Notes: generated by a model not told the origin, from the letters alone. Shown: positions 40,893-50,933, numbered from the stretch's first letter. The stretch: 64,000 nucleotides of DNA from a virus (IMGVR_UViG_3300006077_000002:29818-93817), one strand, 5' to 3'. Numbers and translations: made by a program.

Positions 40893-41133
40893 AATAATCA
40901 AAAAATTTGACTCTTTACATAGGGGTACAGAAGTATTTAAAGCTGTAGCTCATGGAGGTGGAAGCCAATATATAGTATTACTTGATGGGACAGACTATAG
41001 AGGTTGGATATTATCATCATTTGATGCCTCTGGTTTTGGGGTGGAAGAATGGGGAGAGCTTGAAGTATACAGCGTACCAGCAGATTACATTGAAGTACTT
41101 AAAGAAAACCCTTTGAAGGAGATTTATGGTTAG
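40876..41133 (+). CDS. Small protein, paralog family B, LxxIY tag
   Basis: Start refined to the ATG at 40876 (GGAGG RBS); ends PLKEIYG. Confidence 0.7.
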   Translation: MIVHIKIIKKFDSLHRGTEVFKAVAHGGGSQYIVLLDGTDYRGWILSSFDASGFGVEEWGELEVYSVPADYIEVLKENPLKEIYG

Positions 41134-41383
41134 ATTAGTTAAAGACCACGACCAGCTTGAAGCTGGGCCAGAGGTATACAAAGAGATAGCTCAGGATGGA
41201 GAACATAGAAGTTTTATAATTCTTCTTGAGGATATTACAGATATAGGGTGGAGAATGCCTCCAAATCAAGCCAGAGAGCTTGGAGTTCCTGAATGGACAA
41301 ATAAGAGATGTTACTATGTTCCTGAGCACAAACTTCACTTCGTGGAACATGAACCACTTAGCAAAATTTACGAACTGCGATAA
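41126..41383 (+). CDS. Small protein, paralog family B, LxxIY tag
   Basis: Ends PLSKIYELR. Confidence 0.7.
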   Translation: MVRLVKDHDQLEAGPEVYKEIAQDGEHRSFIILLEDITDIGWRMPPNQARELGVPEWTNKRCYYVPEHKLHFVEHEPLSKIYELR

Positions 41384-41505
41384 CTTTCTTTTAAGGTTTA
41401 TACTAGGATTTATCACCTAGTACCTTAAGAGTACCTTAATAGGAATAATTCTTAAGGTTTACCTCTATGTTTTTCCCTTCGGCCTAACTAATAGTATTAT
41501 ATGTT

Positions 41506-41526
41506 TATCTTGTGCAGATATGTTGG
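41506..41526 (-). promoter_or_regulatory. Candidate late promoter/operator (copy 3)
   Basis: TATCTTGTGCAGATATGTTGG, core shared with 25806 and 29125. Confidence 0.55.
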
Positions 41527-41555
41527 TAAAAGGAGAAAATATACAAGTTTTTACA

Positions 41556-41589
41556 GTTAAGCAGGTTTTAAGCAACATTTGGGTATAAT
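41556..41589 (+). promoter_or_regulatory. Host-type promoter GTTAAG-N5-TTTAAG-N11-TATAAT
   Basis: Near-duplicate of 29148-29181. Confidence 0.7.
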
Positions 41590-41629
41590 ACGATTCCTCG
41601 GCCCAAAGGAAAAACAATAAGGATAACTT

Positions 41630-41902
41630 ATGGATGAACTTATGGTTACAGTTATAGATATGGGAGGTACTACCCTAGCGGTAAGACTACAAGTAAGAGC
41701 CCTACTAGCAGAGCATGGAGAAGCAGTCTATGAATCTTCTACTGTTTGGACAGAGGCATTCAAAGAGCCTACTAACCAATACATAGGTAGAAGTAATAGC
41801 AAGTGGATGGGAATTGGCTCTCATCATAAGGATGAAAGCATCCATGCCACAGAGTTCTTGAGACGCTTTGGCAAATTTAAACTAGGAGAAATTTATGGTT
41901 AG
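41630..41902 (+). CDS. Small protein, LxxIY tag
   Basis: Ends KLGEIYG. Confidence 0.7.
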   Translation: MDELMVTVIDMGGTTLAVRLQVRALLAEHGEAVYESSTVWTEAFKEPTNQYIGRSNSKWMGIGSHHKDESIHATEFLRRFGKFKLGEIYG

Positions 41903-42178
41903 ACATACTATGGAAGCCGCAAGAATTATTGAGCAAAACTCAGATTCTAGCGGTAAGTACAAGGGACAGATTGTAACGGACTGTGTCCTTGCAAAAGTTA
42001 CCAAACAAGTTAAGGTAACCCATCACCTACGAGTAAAGGCTAAATATGGTAGTTAAATTTTTTGCCTTTGCCCTTTACATTGTTGTTCTTTATGCTCTTC
42101 TAAAAGAGTTTACAATAGAACAAGTTTTGCTTTTTGTAGCATTCACCGTATTATCAATTTTTCTAGGAGGAAAAAGTA

Positions 42179-42442
42179 ATGAATAGTCAAACACTACACC
42201 AAATGGTCTGCGAGAAGCGAGGGGAGATGAGCTACTCAAGAATGAAAAAATCACTTGAGAAAATTGTACATACACCTATGGTATCTCAAGCAGTAGAACA
42301 TAAGCGTATTGGTATTCACCGTCTTGGTGAAATTGCCAGCTCATATACAACCAGACAGTTGCACTTATTTGCCGTATGGTTAGAGAAAAACCCTACAGCA
42401 AACAAAGCGGAGATTGAGCTTCATATCAGCGGAGGTTTATAA
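42179..42442 (+). CDS. Hypothetical protein
   Basis: AGGAGG RBS. Confidence 0.65.
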   Translation: MNSQTLHQMVCEKRGEMSYSRMKKSLEKIVHTPMVSQAVEHKRIGIHRLGEIASSYTTRQLHLFAVWLEKNPTANKAEIELHISGGL

Positions 42443-42696
42443 TGGGAAATGAACAGCTAAATACTCTGATTTACTACCATGAGGGACACCTTATGAGAAA
42501 TCAAGGTACAACGGTATTTAAGTTCTTGGGTAATATGTATTGCTCTAACTTAAGACGTAAAAATAAATACTCATTTGATAGTATAACTTGGAAGAGTCGT
42601 AAGATATCTTTCTGGAATAAAATGAAGTTAGTATTTTCTGATAAGTATAAAAAGCTTACCAAAGATACTAAAAAGAGTATTGCAGCAGGTATTTAA
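42442..42696 (+). CDS. Hypothetical protein
   Basis: TAATG coupling. Confidence 0.6.
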   Translation: MGNEQLNTLIYYHEGHLMRNQGTTVFKFLGNMYCSNLRRKNKYSFDSITWKSRKISFWNKMKLVFSDKYKKLTKDTKKSIAAGI

Positions 42697-42788
42697 CCAC
42701 ACAGCGGAGCCGAGGTCAGCGTTATACACGAGATTAGAAGACGTTGGATGTAGAATCCTCTAGCAATAGGGGTCCGTATCTCACTTAT

Positions 42789-42839
42789 AAGGGTGCTGAC
42801 AGTGCCTAAGATGTGGTTTAATTCCACTAACCCTTACCA
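42789..42839 (+). ncRNA. tRNA-like minihelix ending in ACCA (not a full tRNA)
   Basis: AAGGGT/ACCCTT stem, GTGG-TTTAATT-CCAC T-arm-like hairpin, terminal ACCA. Confidence 0.3.
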
Positions 42840-42930
42840 CAAGAACCCTACCATTTAAACGGTGGTGTCATAGACCACGTAGGGTGGTTTCATTGAGTAG
42901 ACTTTGGTCTATTGAACGGAGGATAAAATT

Positions 42931-43215
42931 ATGGCTAATCATAAAAGAGTAAAGGTACTAACCGATAGAGATGGATTTACTCAAGGATATATTTACAAGG
43001 CATATCCAGGGCATGACCCCAATGCAGATTGGGTAGTAATTATGGACAATCCAGATAATTTACAAGGTTGGTTTCTTACAGAAAACCTTGGGCATACATC
43101 ACTTACCTTAGATGACTTTGAGGAAAGTGATAGAGGTAAGAAAGGTTGGTATGTATCACCAGTATTTCTTGAAATAGTTTATGTAAATATGCTTAAAAAT
43201 ATTTACGAGGAGTAG
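42931..43215 (+). CDS. Small protein, family B-like, LxxIY tag
   Basis: GGAGG RBS; ends MLKNIYEE. Confidence 0.7.
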   Translation: MANHKRVKVLTDRDGFTQGYIYKAYPGHDPNADWVVIMDNPDNLQGWFLTENLGHTSLTLDDFEESDRGKKGWYVSPVFLEIVYVNMLKNIYEE

Positions 43216-43545
43216 TCTCTGCTTCGTACAGCTCATTTCGGTGAGTTATTAAAACAGAGGAGAACGAATGTTAACAATCTATCTATTCATGGTACTAGCA
43301 TTTGCTGGAAAGTTTATCTTTGATGAACAACCAACAGCATTAACCAAACCACTAGCCTTGGAGGCTATTCAAGCAGGTTTACTATGGCCACTTACAGTAT
43401 ATCATATGCTGTACAAAGGCTAAGTTATGTGGAACGATGAAAATCGTTTCCATTGTCCCCATAAAGGGGAAGAGTTAGTGATGCCTCAAGAGAGGGATTA
43501 CAGAAATTTGTTTCTCTTTCTTGAGGACTTACAAAAATATGAGGG

Positions 43546-44868
43546 ATGTTTATGAATATATCAGAAATTCAGATTGGGCAACTTGTCCTGTTTAAACCAT
43601 ATCATTTGGTAGTAGATAAAAAATACCCAGATGCTACTAATAATATAGGAACTACTGATGGTACTAGAACACCAGCAGACAAACTTAAAATTCCTAATAT
43701 TAAAGGTGTTGATGTTCACGTTATAATCAATAACACAAAGGCTTCAGTTCGTACCCCAATGTTCTCCAAAGAGTACAAATTTGAGGGGATAAGTAAACTT
43801 TTAAGTGCAATAGCTGTTGATATCACTGATAAAAAAGCTGAAATCTTTGACAGAACTATGGTAATTGAAAAGGGTAAGAAGATGAAGCCACGAGTTGATG
43901 ACTTGTCAAAAACTCCAGAGGTACAAGAAGTCCATCATAACCCAAAAGCACCACGACAAGAGCAGTACATTGCAATTGTTGGTGCAGTAAGTTCTCTTAC
44001 CAAAGGCATTAACCAAGAGGGTATGCTTAAAGATGCCAAAGAAGTTGCGGAAGCATTTATGAAAGCCAAGAAAGAAATTGAAGGGCTTGCCACTACAAAG
44101 GCTACTAGTGCTGGTGGGGGTAACAAGAAAACTTGGATATCAAAATACTTTGGTAAGACTGACCCAACTGCCACTCCAAGTGGGTCAAAAGCATCAGTAC
44201 AAGACAACATTGATTACTTATTTGGGCTAGTTCACGAGAAGTATGAGAAGCTCGTCACCACTGGTGAAAGACTACAGAGTACCAAAGGTCTACTTGCACA
44301 GCAACTTGTCCTTCTAGGTACCTTAGAAGATGAATCAGAGGCATTCATTAATACCTTTGAAGATGCTACCCTCATTCCAATGAGAGATATGGCTCTTGAT
44401 ACCCAAATCAAAAGTTCTGTGGAAAAATACAAAGACAGACTACTTAAGATTGATGGTGCAATTCTTGCAACACAAACTACAATTATCTCTCTTGGTAAAG
44501 ATTTGCCAGCCATGAAAACAGACCTTACAGATGAGATGGCTATCAGTCAGTTACTAACTGATGTTGCAGATTATCAAGCAATGTACTCTGAGATTGCCTC
44601 TTTGGTAAGTGATGTAACAACAAATACCTCTGAGAAAACTCACGATGTGATTGAGAGTGTACTTACAATGCAGATTGAAGATACCCATTCAATTGATTAT
44701 CTCCGAGCATCCTCTGAGCGTGGAGAGAGATTTGCTGAGATGATTACAGATAAGAGCCAACAGCTTGCATCAAAAACTATGGCAGATGCTAATGAGATTC
44801 GTGAAATTGCTGCACGAAACACTACACAGATTGCCCGACAATCAATCAACTTGATTGAATCTAAATAA
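43546..44868 (+). CDS. Two-domain protein with long coiled-coil C-terminus (TelA/toxic-anion-resistance-like)
   Basis: KTWISKYFGK...SVQDNIDYL followed by long helical region; TelA resemblance judged by eye. Confidence 0.45.
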   Translation: MFMNISEIQIGQLVLFKPYHLVVDKKYPDATNNIGTTDGTRTPADKLKIPNIKGVDVHVIINNTKASVRTPMFSKEYKFEGISKLLSAIAVDITDKKAEIFDRTMVIEKGKKMKPRVDDLSKTPEVQEVHHNPKAPRQEQYIAIVGAVSSLTKGINQEGMLKDAKEVAEAFMKAKKEIEGLATTKATSAGGGNKKTWISKYFGKTDPTATPSGSKASVQDNIDYLFGLVHEKYEKLVTTGERLQSTKGLLAQQLVLLGTLEDESEAFINTFEDATLIPMRDMALDTQIKSSVEKYKDRLLKIDGAILATQTTIISLGKDLPAMKTDLTDEMAISQLLTDVADYQAMYSEIASLVSDVTTNTSEKTHDVIESVLTMQIEDTHSIDYLRASSERGERFAEMITDKSQQLASKTMADANEIREIAARNTTQIARQSINLIESK

Positions 44869-44960
44869 GGAGAAACTATGAAATTTTTAATTATCGGTTA
44901 TGTTGTTGTATACATTACAATAATTTATATTGTTGCACATTTTGTTATTAAGTTCTGGTA

Positions 44961-45179
44961 ATGGAACAGTTTAAAGTTGGGCAGTCATTAAGAAGAACTG
45001 GTCAAGGGAACTTAGATGCAAGCACATTTGCTGATGTTGAGGGGAGATTATACACTGTCTTTGAAGTACTTCCACTTACATACAAAGTAAAAAGTTATAA
45101 GGGAATCACTAAGTTCTCTAAAGACTATGCCCATAAAATATTTTCACCACAGATATCACCACTTACTAACATATACTAA
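44961..45179 (+). CDS. Small SH3-like protein, LxxIY tag
   Basis: FKVGQSL start; ends SPLTNIY. Confidence 0.65.
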   Translation: MEQFKVGQSLRRTGQGNLDASTFADVEGRLYTVFEVLPLTYKVKSYKGITKFSKDYAHKIFSPQISPLTNIY

Positions 45180-45188
45180 GGAGAAATT

Positions 45189-45398
45189 ATGGTAAAATCA
45201 GTGTCATCAGTATTGGTCTTAACCCCTGGAAAACCTCCTCGTCAGCTTGAGGAGCTAACTATGGACGAGATGGATGAGTATCTACGTAATGTAATAGTTG
45301 AGGACGGACAATATATGTTAATTCATAGTGTCTATCCTCTGGCAAAAGCTCTTAGAAGAGCAAATAAACGTATTGAGGAGATGGAACATGCGAAATAG
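45189..45398 (+). CDS. Hypothetical protein
   Basis: AAGGAG RBS. Confidence 0.6.
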   Translation: MVKSVSSVLVLTPGKPPRQLEELTMDEMDEYLRNVIVEDGQYMLIHSVYPLAKALRRANKRIEEMEHAK

Positions 45399-45603
45399 TT
45401 ATTTGATAGCACTATCTATCATGATACTTATATCTATCAGCCATTTTTATGGGGCAGAAAAGACACTTGCAGAGGTAATAACAATTAACACCCTTGTTGG
45501 TTCTTTTTGGATTGTGTCTGCAATTGAAACGGGGAAGATTGATGACTAATCCTAACCTTAATCTTAAAGATGCACTATTTACTTTGGCAGTAGTTACCTT
45601 TGG

Positions 45604-45918
45604 GTGGTTGGCATGGCTAACTCACTCATAGAAGCATATGAAAAGCACACAGCTTTTCACATACTAACAAAGGAAATCACAGATGTTAAACTATTTGTAA
45701 AAAATCATAGGGAGTTTAAAAGATACACAAAAAGTCTTTTTAAAGATACACGTACTGACCCTTCAAGTGCTTGTGAAGAACACCTTAAAGATTACAAATT
45801 TTTTATAGCCTATAAAGAGACGGAGGATATCTATACATTTTATTTTTCAAACCTCACAAGAGGAGAGAGAGTAAACTTTGCTTCAAGTGTTTTGAATAGC
45901 ATCTATGACCAGTCCTAG
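45604..45918 (+). CDS. Small protein, LxxIY tag
   Basis: Ends VLNSIYDQS; start uncertain. Confidence 0.6.
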   Translation: MVGMANSLIEAYEKHTAFHILTKEITDVKLFVKNHREFKRYTKSLFKDTRTDPSSACEEHLKDYKFFIAYKETEDIYTFYFSNLTRGERVNFASSVLNSIYDQS

Positions 45919-46055
45919 AACTACCCACCGTGGGTAGTTTTATGGAGCCCATCTCGGTGGGTTAGGTAGGAATAGCAGGCAGTAACCAACAAGTCAACTA
46001 CGGTAAGAACTTACATTTAATTAACATATTAAATTACTAAACAAAGGACCAAATT

Positions 46056-46736
46056 ATGGCAAAATCAATTAAAGTACTAACGTATAACAAAGCAGGATTC
46101 GACAAAGCAGTTAAGCACGCTCTCTCTCTTGGTGTAAAGAAAACTACTCTAACCTTTGATGCTAACAAATCAAGCCTTGTGGTAAAACTTGGAGCTACTC
46201 CAACTATGGCTAAGAGCCGTGCAGGTTACACTCCTAAAGAGAACCCGTATGCAGCAATTCTTGACCTTGCTGGTTTCCAGTCTTGTCAGCACCTTGATGA
46301 CTTGGCAGCAAACAAACCAGCAGTTAAAACTGTTGGTGTTCCAGAAGCAGTTTGTGCTCAGCGTGCAGATATAGCATTCGACCAAGGATTTGTAATCGGC
46401 TATGACGAAGGTGTAGATGATACACTTCCACAAAGCACTTTGAAGTGTGTTGAAGCTGAGGTACTTACTCAGAACCCAATCGTATGGGCAACAATGGGTA
46501 TTCCATTCTTCAAAGATAATGGGCTTGATATCGTTGAGAACGATGGTAAGATGTACACCATCAACACTACAACTAACACAGCGACAGAGTTCACTGCGGT
46601 AGAAGCTGCCAAGCAAGCTAAGAAAGACCTACTTGCTGGTGAAGATTCAATCTATACTAGCTTTGCTAAAAACTTTGAGCTTGTTGACATGCTTCGTCAT
46701 GCAAAAGTCCTTGTTGACGCTGATAGCGAAGACTAA
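46056..46736 (+). CDS. Hypothetical protein, paralog of downstream gene
   Basis: AAAGGA RBS; biased codon usage; shares a repeat domain with 46847-47488. Confidence 0.75.
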   Translation: MAKSIKVLTYNKAGFDKAVKHALSLGVKKTTLTFDANKSSLVVKLGATPTMAKSRAGYTPKENPYAAILDLAGFQSCQHLDDLAANKPAVKTVGVPEAVCAQRADIAFDQGFVIGYDEGVDDTLPQSTLKCVEAEVLTQNPIVWATMGIPFFKDNGLDIVENDGKMYTINTTTNTATEFTAVEAAKQAKKDLLAGEDSIYTSFAKNFELVDMLRHAKVLVDADSED

Positions 46737-46846
46737 GAGTTACGGAGGGATGCCCTCCACAAATACCAATGGCCCTACATCATCAGCATCAGTCAACCTA
46801 AACCAATTAATTACAATAATTAATTACAACATATAAGGAAATTATT

Positions 46847-47488
46847 ATGGCAAACTCAATCCACTCTTTCGCAAAAGCACTAAATCTTACAGTAAAATCA
46901 GCAGACGTACAAGACATGAACCCAGTTATCTTTGCAACTCAGTTCGTTCCAAGTCTTCGTGGTTCAGATATCGTTAAAGATGGTGATACTGTTTACCGTA
47001 TCAACACAAAAGCAAACACTTCAACTGAAGTATCTGCATCAACACTTACAACTGAAGCAAAAGATGGTCTTGTAAAAGGTCGTGGTAACGATGCTTCTGT
47101 AAATGCTGCAATCAGCTTTGGTTTGGTTAAGAAGCTTGTCCTTAAAAAGAACAAAGCAGAACCAACTACAGGATGTAAAACTTCAGTAAAAGATATGGCT
47201 GACCTTCTTAGTCTAGTTGTAACTGATATCAAAGTTGCAGTTCAGAACGAAATCATCTTCCAAACTCAAGGCATCAAGCAAATTGCTGGTCTTGATATTC
47301 ACGATGGTCAGTACTTCAAGCTTGATACAGTTAGCAACACAGCTACACTTATCAATGCTGAAGCAATCGCAGAAAATGCTAAGGCTGATTTCCTTAAGGG
47401 GAAAGTAACAGACCTTACAAAGTTCTGTGAAAACTATTCACTTATCTCAAGTCTTACACTTGAAGTTAAGCCTACTGCAGCAGCGTAG
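46847..47488 (+). CDS. Hypothetical protein with an internally duplicated domain
   Basis: Two ~100-aa repeats. Confidence 0.75.
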   Translation: MANSIHSFAKALNLTVKSADVQDMNPVIFATQFVPSLRGSDIVKDGDTVYRINTKANTSTEVSASTLTTEAKDGLVKGRGNDASVNAAISFGLVKKLVLKKNKAEPTTGCKTSVKDMADLLSLVVTDIKVAVQNEIIFQTQGIKQIAGLDIHDGQYFKLDTVSNTATLINAEAIAENAKADFLKGKVTDLTKFCENYSLISSLTLEVKPTAAA

Positions 47489-47577
47489 TAGTATGGATGG
47501 GGAGCTATTCTCCCCTCCAATCTGATATTAGTTGAGCTGTCTAAGGACAGTTCATAAATAACATATAAAGGAATAAC

Positions 47578-49137
47578 ATGGCAAAAGCAACCCCAATTGA
47601 GAATGTCTCTGAAATTACAGATGACTATATAGAGCGAGTTCTTAAAGGGCATTACTCAGGTAATCTCACCAAGCAACTTACTCCGCTAATGATTAAAACT
47701 TTGGCGTTTGACTACAAACAAAAAGCTCGTAACCTTGACTGGTTATTTAAGGGTAAGACTACAATTACAATTACCCCAGACCCTGAAGTAATTCTTAAGA
47801 ATGCTATGAAAGAAGACTCTTATGGTATTAGAACTCTTTCATCATTCTTGGATAGTATAGGTGCAACTTTCTCTGGAGAAACTCTCCAAGATGGTAAGTG
47901 TAACTACAAAAATCAATCAATGCGTATTAGCCGTGTGATTAGTAACACTGGTAGTACCGATTTAGTTAAAGCTGTATTGGCTAAAGATTCTTATTCAGGA
48001 AACATTATTATCCGAAATATTGGAAGAAATGACCTGTACACATACAATCCAGAAACTGATACAGTAAGTACTGGTGACATACGCCGTTCAAAGAAGTCAA
48101 CTGACCTAACAGATGGTGAGCACTTTTGGTATAGAAATTCTGCAGGTTATTATGAGTGTGCAACAGTAGAACAAGCAGAGATGAAAGTAAAGAGAGCTAT
48201 TGATGATATACACTTACAAGAATGTCTAAGCCAATTAGATGCTGGTACAGTAATTATGTCAATTGAAATCAATGACTTTATCACTGCTTCAAGTGGTGGA
48301 GTTAGTTCATGCTTTGGTTTTGGTGGAATGCATCATATGGGCTGGATTAACTATTTCCGTGCTGACTTCGGGATTATGGTTTATATGCAGAACAGAGAAG
48401 ACCGCTTCTCTAAAGTTGGTCGCCAATGGTTATTGATGAAGATGACAGAGAATGGTGAAGACTTTGAAGCACCTGCTTATAAGTTCCAAAAACCTTATGG
48501 TCGTATTCAAAAATCCCACACCAATTTAGTTAATGCCTATGTTTTGGCAGCAATTAAAGATAAGTGGGGGTACAAAGAAAAAGACTTTGAAAAGATTACA
48601 AGTGGTAACATAAGCCATTGTAGTGTATCTGATACTTGTCTCCAACGAGATGGCTCACACAGTCGTCATTCAGGATATACAGATACAGGATTCGGAGACT
48701 CTGCGTATGGTATGCAACTAAAAGAGGGTACGGCATACAAAGGTCAGTATATGGCATTCCCATATGTATCACAACATTCCTCTCGTCAGCAGAATGGTCG
48801 CTCACTTATCTTTAACTTCCCAGATGCTTTAGATATGTCAGGACAACCAACAAACTCTGGTAACTTTGAGTCACATCAAAATTCACGTACAGATTCTCCT
48901 ACTGGATATATTCCACCATACAAAGTGGTTACTTGTTCGGTAAGTGGAGAGAGTGTGCTGAATGCTGAATGTACTATGATGCCTGATGGAACATACGTAA
49001 AGACCTCTTTACTTATCCGTGCATTTAATCCAGACTTAGTGCCTGAAGATGAGCCAGCTACTCCTGAAGTAGTTGAAGTTGCTGAAGAAGCACCAATCAC
49101 CGAAGAAGAATTAGACTTTGACGAAGACGAATTCTAA
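47578..49137 (+). CDS. Uncharacterised protein with DFITAS..SSC..G..H motif
   Basis: 519 aa; first gene of the peptidase-GluRS block. Confidence 0.75.
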   Translation: MAKATPIENVSEITDDYIERVLKGHYSGNLTKQLTPLMIKTLAFDYKQKARNLDWLFKGKTTITITPDPEVILKNAMKEDSYGIRTLSSFLDSIGATFSGETLQDGKCNYKNQSMRISRVISNTGSTDLVKAVLAKDSYSGNIIIRNIGRNDLYTYNPETDTVSTGDIRRSKKSTDLTDGEHFWYRNSAGYYECATVEQAEMKVKRAIDDIHLQECLSQLDAGTVIMSIEINDFITASSGGVSSCFGFGGMHHMGWINYFRADFGIMVYMQNREDRFSKVGRQWLLMKMTENGEDFEAPAYKFQKPYGRIQKSHTNLVNAYVLAAIKDKWGYKEKDFEKITSGNISHCSVSDTCLQRDGSHSRHSGYTDTGFGDSAYGMQLKEGTAYKGQYMAFPYVSQHSSRQQNGRSLIFNFPDALDMSGQPTNSGNFESHQNSRTDSPTGYIPPYKVVTCSVSGESVLNAECTMMPDGTYVKTSLLIRAFNPDLVPEDEPATPEVVEVAEEAPITEEELDFDEDEF

Positions 49138-49169
49138 ACAACAACCCTAACATATTAAAAAGGAACATC

Positions 49170-50933
49170 ATGTCAACAGTAAAAAACAAAATTAAGAATG
49201 TAGACTTAACAGTTTACACACCATTGGACAAGCCATTAGCAGAAACAACAGTAGTAGTATTTGGTCATGGAATTATCAAAGACCATTCTATTGGTACAAT
49301 CTCCCGTGTAGGACTTACAGATACCGCTTTGGTTTATGTAAAAGTAGGACATGTTACTTACTCAGTCCCTAAAGATATGCTATACACTCGTAAGCCTGTG
49401 GCAGGAGATGTTTCAAAAGCTATCTCTACTTTAAAAGTTCCTGCCAATTTACGTCGTGCCGCATATTTCACAAAGAACACAAAGATGTTTATCTATGGGC
49501 ATAAAGACTACAAAGATGGAACACCATGTGTAGTTGATGCTTATATGCAACCAACAAGTAAGTTTATTGCAGTTATGGTAAACAAAAAGGTGCAGTATAT
49601 TGAGCCAGCAAATCTATACATCATAGACCCTCAGTATGTTACTCCAATTCCATTGTTCTCTGAACTGAAAGAGCCCACAGATTTGCAAGAGTATATGGCA
49701 AAACTCCTTTATGCAGATAACATGGATGATTCAATCACTCTTGCGTTAGAAGATGTAGACCTTAGCAAGTATGATATGATTTCAAGTCAGTCAGGTTCTA
49801 AATGGGCAGCGATTATTCCTAAAGGTGCCAAAGGTCCTATGCCAGTACTTATGGCTCACTGTGATATTCAAATGAATGTCAAGCACCCAACAGAAAAGAA
49901 CCTTACATATGATGAGAAGCTTAGTAAGTTTAACTCTCCAACTGGTCTTGGTGCTGATGACCGTGCAGGATTGTTCGTTATCAATCGTGCTCTAAATATG
50001 CACGAAGGGAAGTTTATTGCTATCTTCTTTGATGAAGAAGAGGTTGGCTGTAAAGGCTCTCGTAACTTTGTTAAGAGTAAGGACTTTAAAGAGAAGATTG
50101 ACCCTATGGCTAGTCTTTATATCTCTATTGACCGTACTCGTTCAACTACTGGTGGTAAGACTGTAGCAACTTATGGGCATGATAACAAAGCAATTCTTGG
50201 TATGTTTAAAGATAAGCTTAAACGTCCTGAAGTTCGTGGTTCAAGCACTGACTGTAAAGTTCTAAGTGCAGAGTCTGTTGAAATTTCAAAAGATAATATG
50301 GGTATTGCTTGTGTTAACTTCTCTTGTGGTTATCAGTTTGAGCATACATCTCGTGAAACATTATACTGGAAAGAGCTTCTTGAGTGTGCTATTGATATCT
50401 GTGCTATGCCAGAGAAAATGCCTACACTTTGGAAGTTACAGTATCGTGCAGAAAAGCCAGCTGTGTCTTATGGTGGATATTATGGTCGTGGAGCCAATAC
50501 AACTACCAAAGCTAAGACAAAACCTAAAGCGAAAGTTACATCAACATTGTACGCTGATGACTATATCTTAGTTAATGGTGACTACTATGACAGTGATGAT
50601 GTAGAAGCACTACTCAAGCAGTTTAAGCATAAGATGGGTAGAGAATATGTTGTAGGTGATGCTGGGCCCTATACTCCGAAACGCAACGACTTCGTACGTC
50701 TATCCACCAGTGTTTCAATCGGAGGAATTTATGGTGGACAAAGACTTGATAAGGCTACTTACATTATGCTCGATTCCAATGTTTGGATTGTTCACAGCGT
50801 GGACCATACAACTGCTTCAGTAAGTCTTAGAACTGATGATGCATCTTATGACGCTGTGAATATCCCTATGGAGCTTCTTGAAGCAGTAACACAGAGCGAT
50901 ATGCTCGTATCACAAAATTTATTGGAGAACTAA
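49170..50933 (+). CDS. M20/M28-family zinc peptidase with accessory domains
   Basis: AHCD, LGADDRAG, DEEEVGCKGS, SIDR, GSSTD, GYQFEHT metal-binding motifs. Confidence 0.85.
   Translation: MSTVKNKIKNVDLTVYTPLDKPLAETTVVVFGHGIIKDHSIGTISRVGLTDTALVYVKVGHVTYSVPKDMLYTRKPVAGDVSKAISTLKVPANLRRAAYFTKNTKMFIYGHKDYKDGTPCVVDAYMQPTSKFIAVMVNKKVQYIEPANLYIIDPQYVTPIPLFSELKEPTDLQEYMAKLLYADNMDDSITLALEDVDLSKYDMISSQSGSKWAAIIPKGAKGPMPVLMAHCDIQMNVKHPTEKNLTYDEKLSKFNSPTGLGADDRAGLFVINRALNMHEGKFIAIFFDEEEVGCKGSRNFVKSKDFKEKIDPMASLYISIDRTRSTTGGKTVATYGHDNKAILGMFKDKLKRPEVRGSSTDCKVLSAESVEISKDNMGIACVNFSCGYQFEHTSRETLYWKELLECAIDICAMPEKMPTLWKLQYRAEKPAVSYGGYYGRGANTTTKAKTKPKAKVTSTLYADDYILVNGDYYDSDDVEALLKQFKHKMGREYVVGDAGPYTPKRNDFVRLSTSVSIGGIYGGQRLDKATYIMLDSNVWIVHSVDHTTASVSLRTDDASYDAVNIPMELLEAVTQSDMLVSQNLLEN

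Noticed and set aside
42789-42839. Canonical tRNA gene
   Set aside because: Too short (~51 nt) with no D or anticodon arms; kept only as a tRNA-like element. No complete tRNA was recognised in the window
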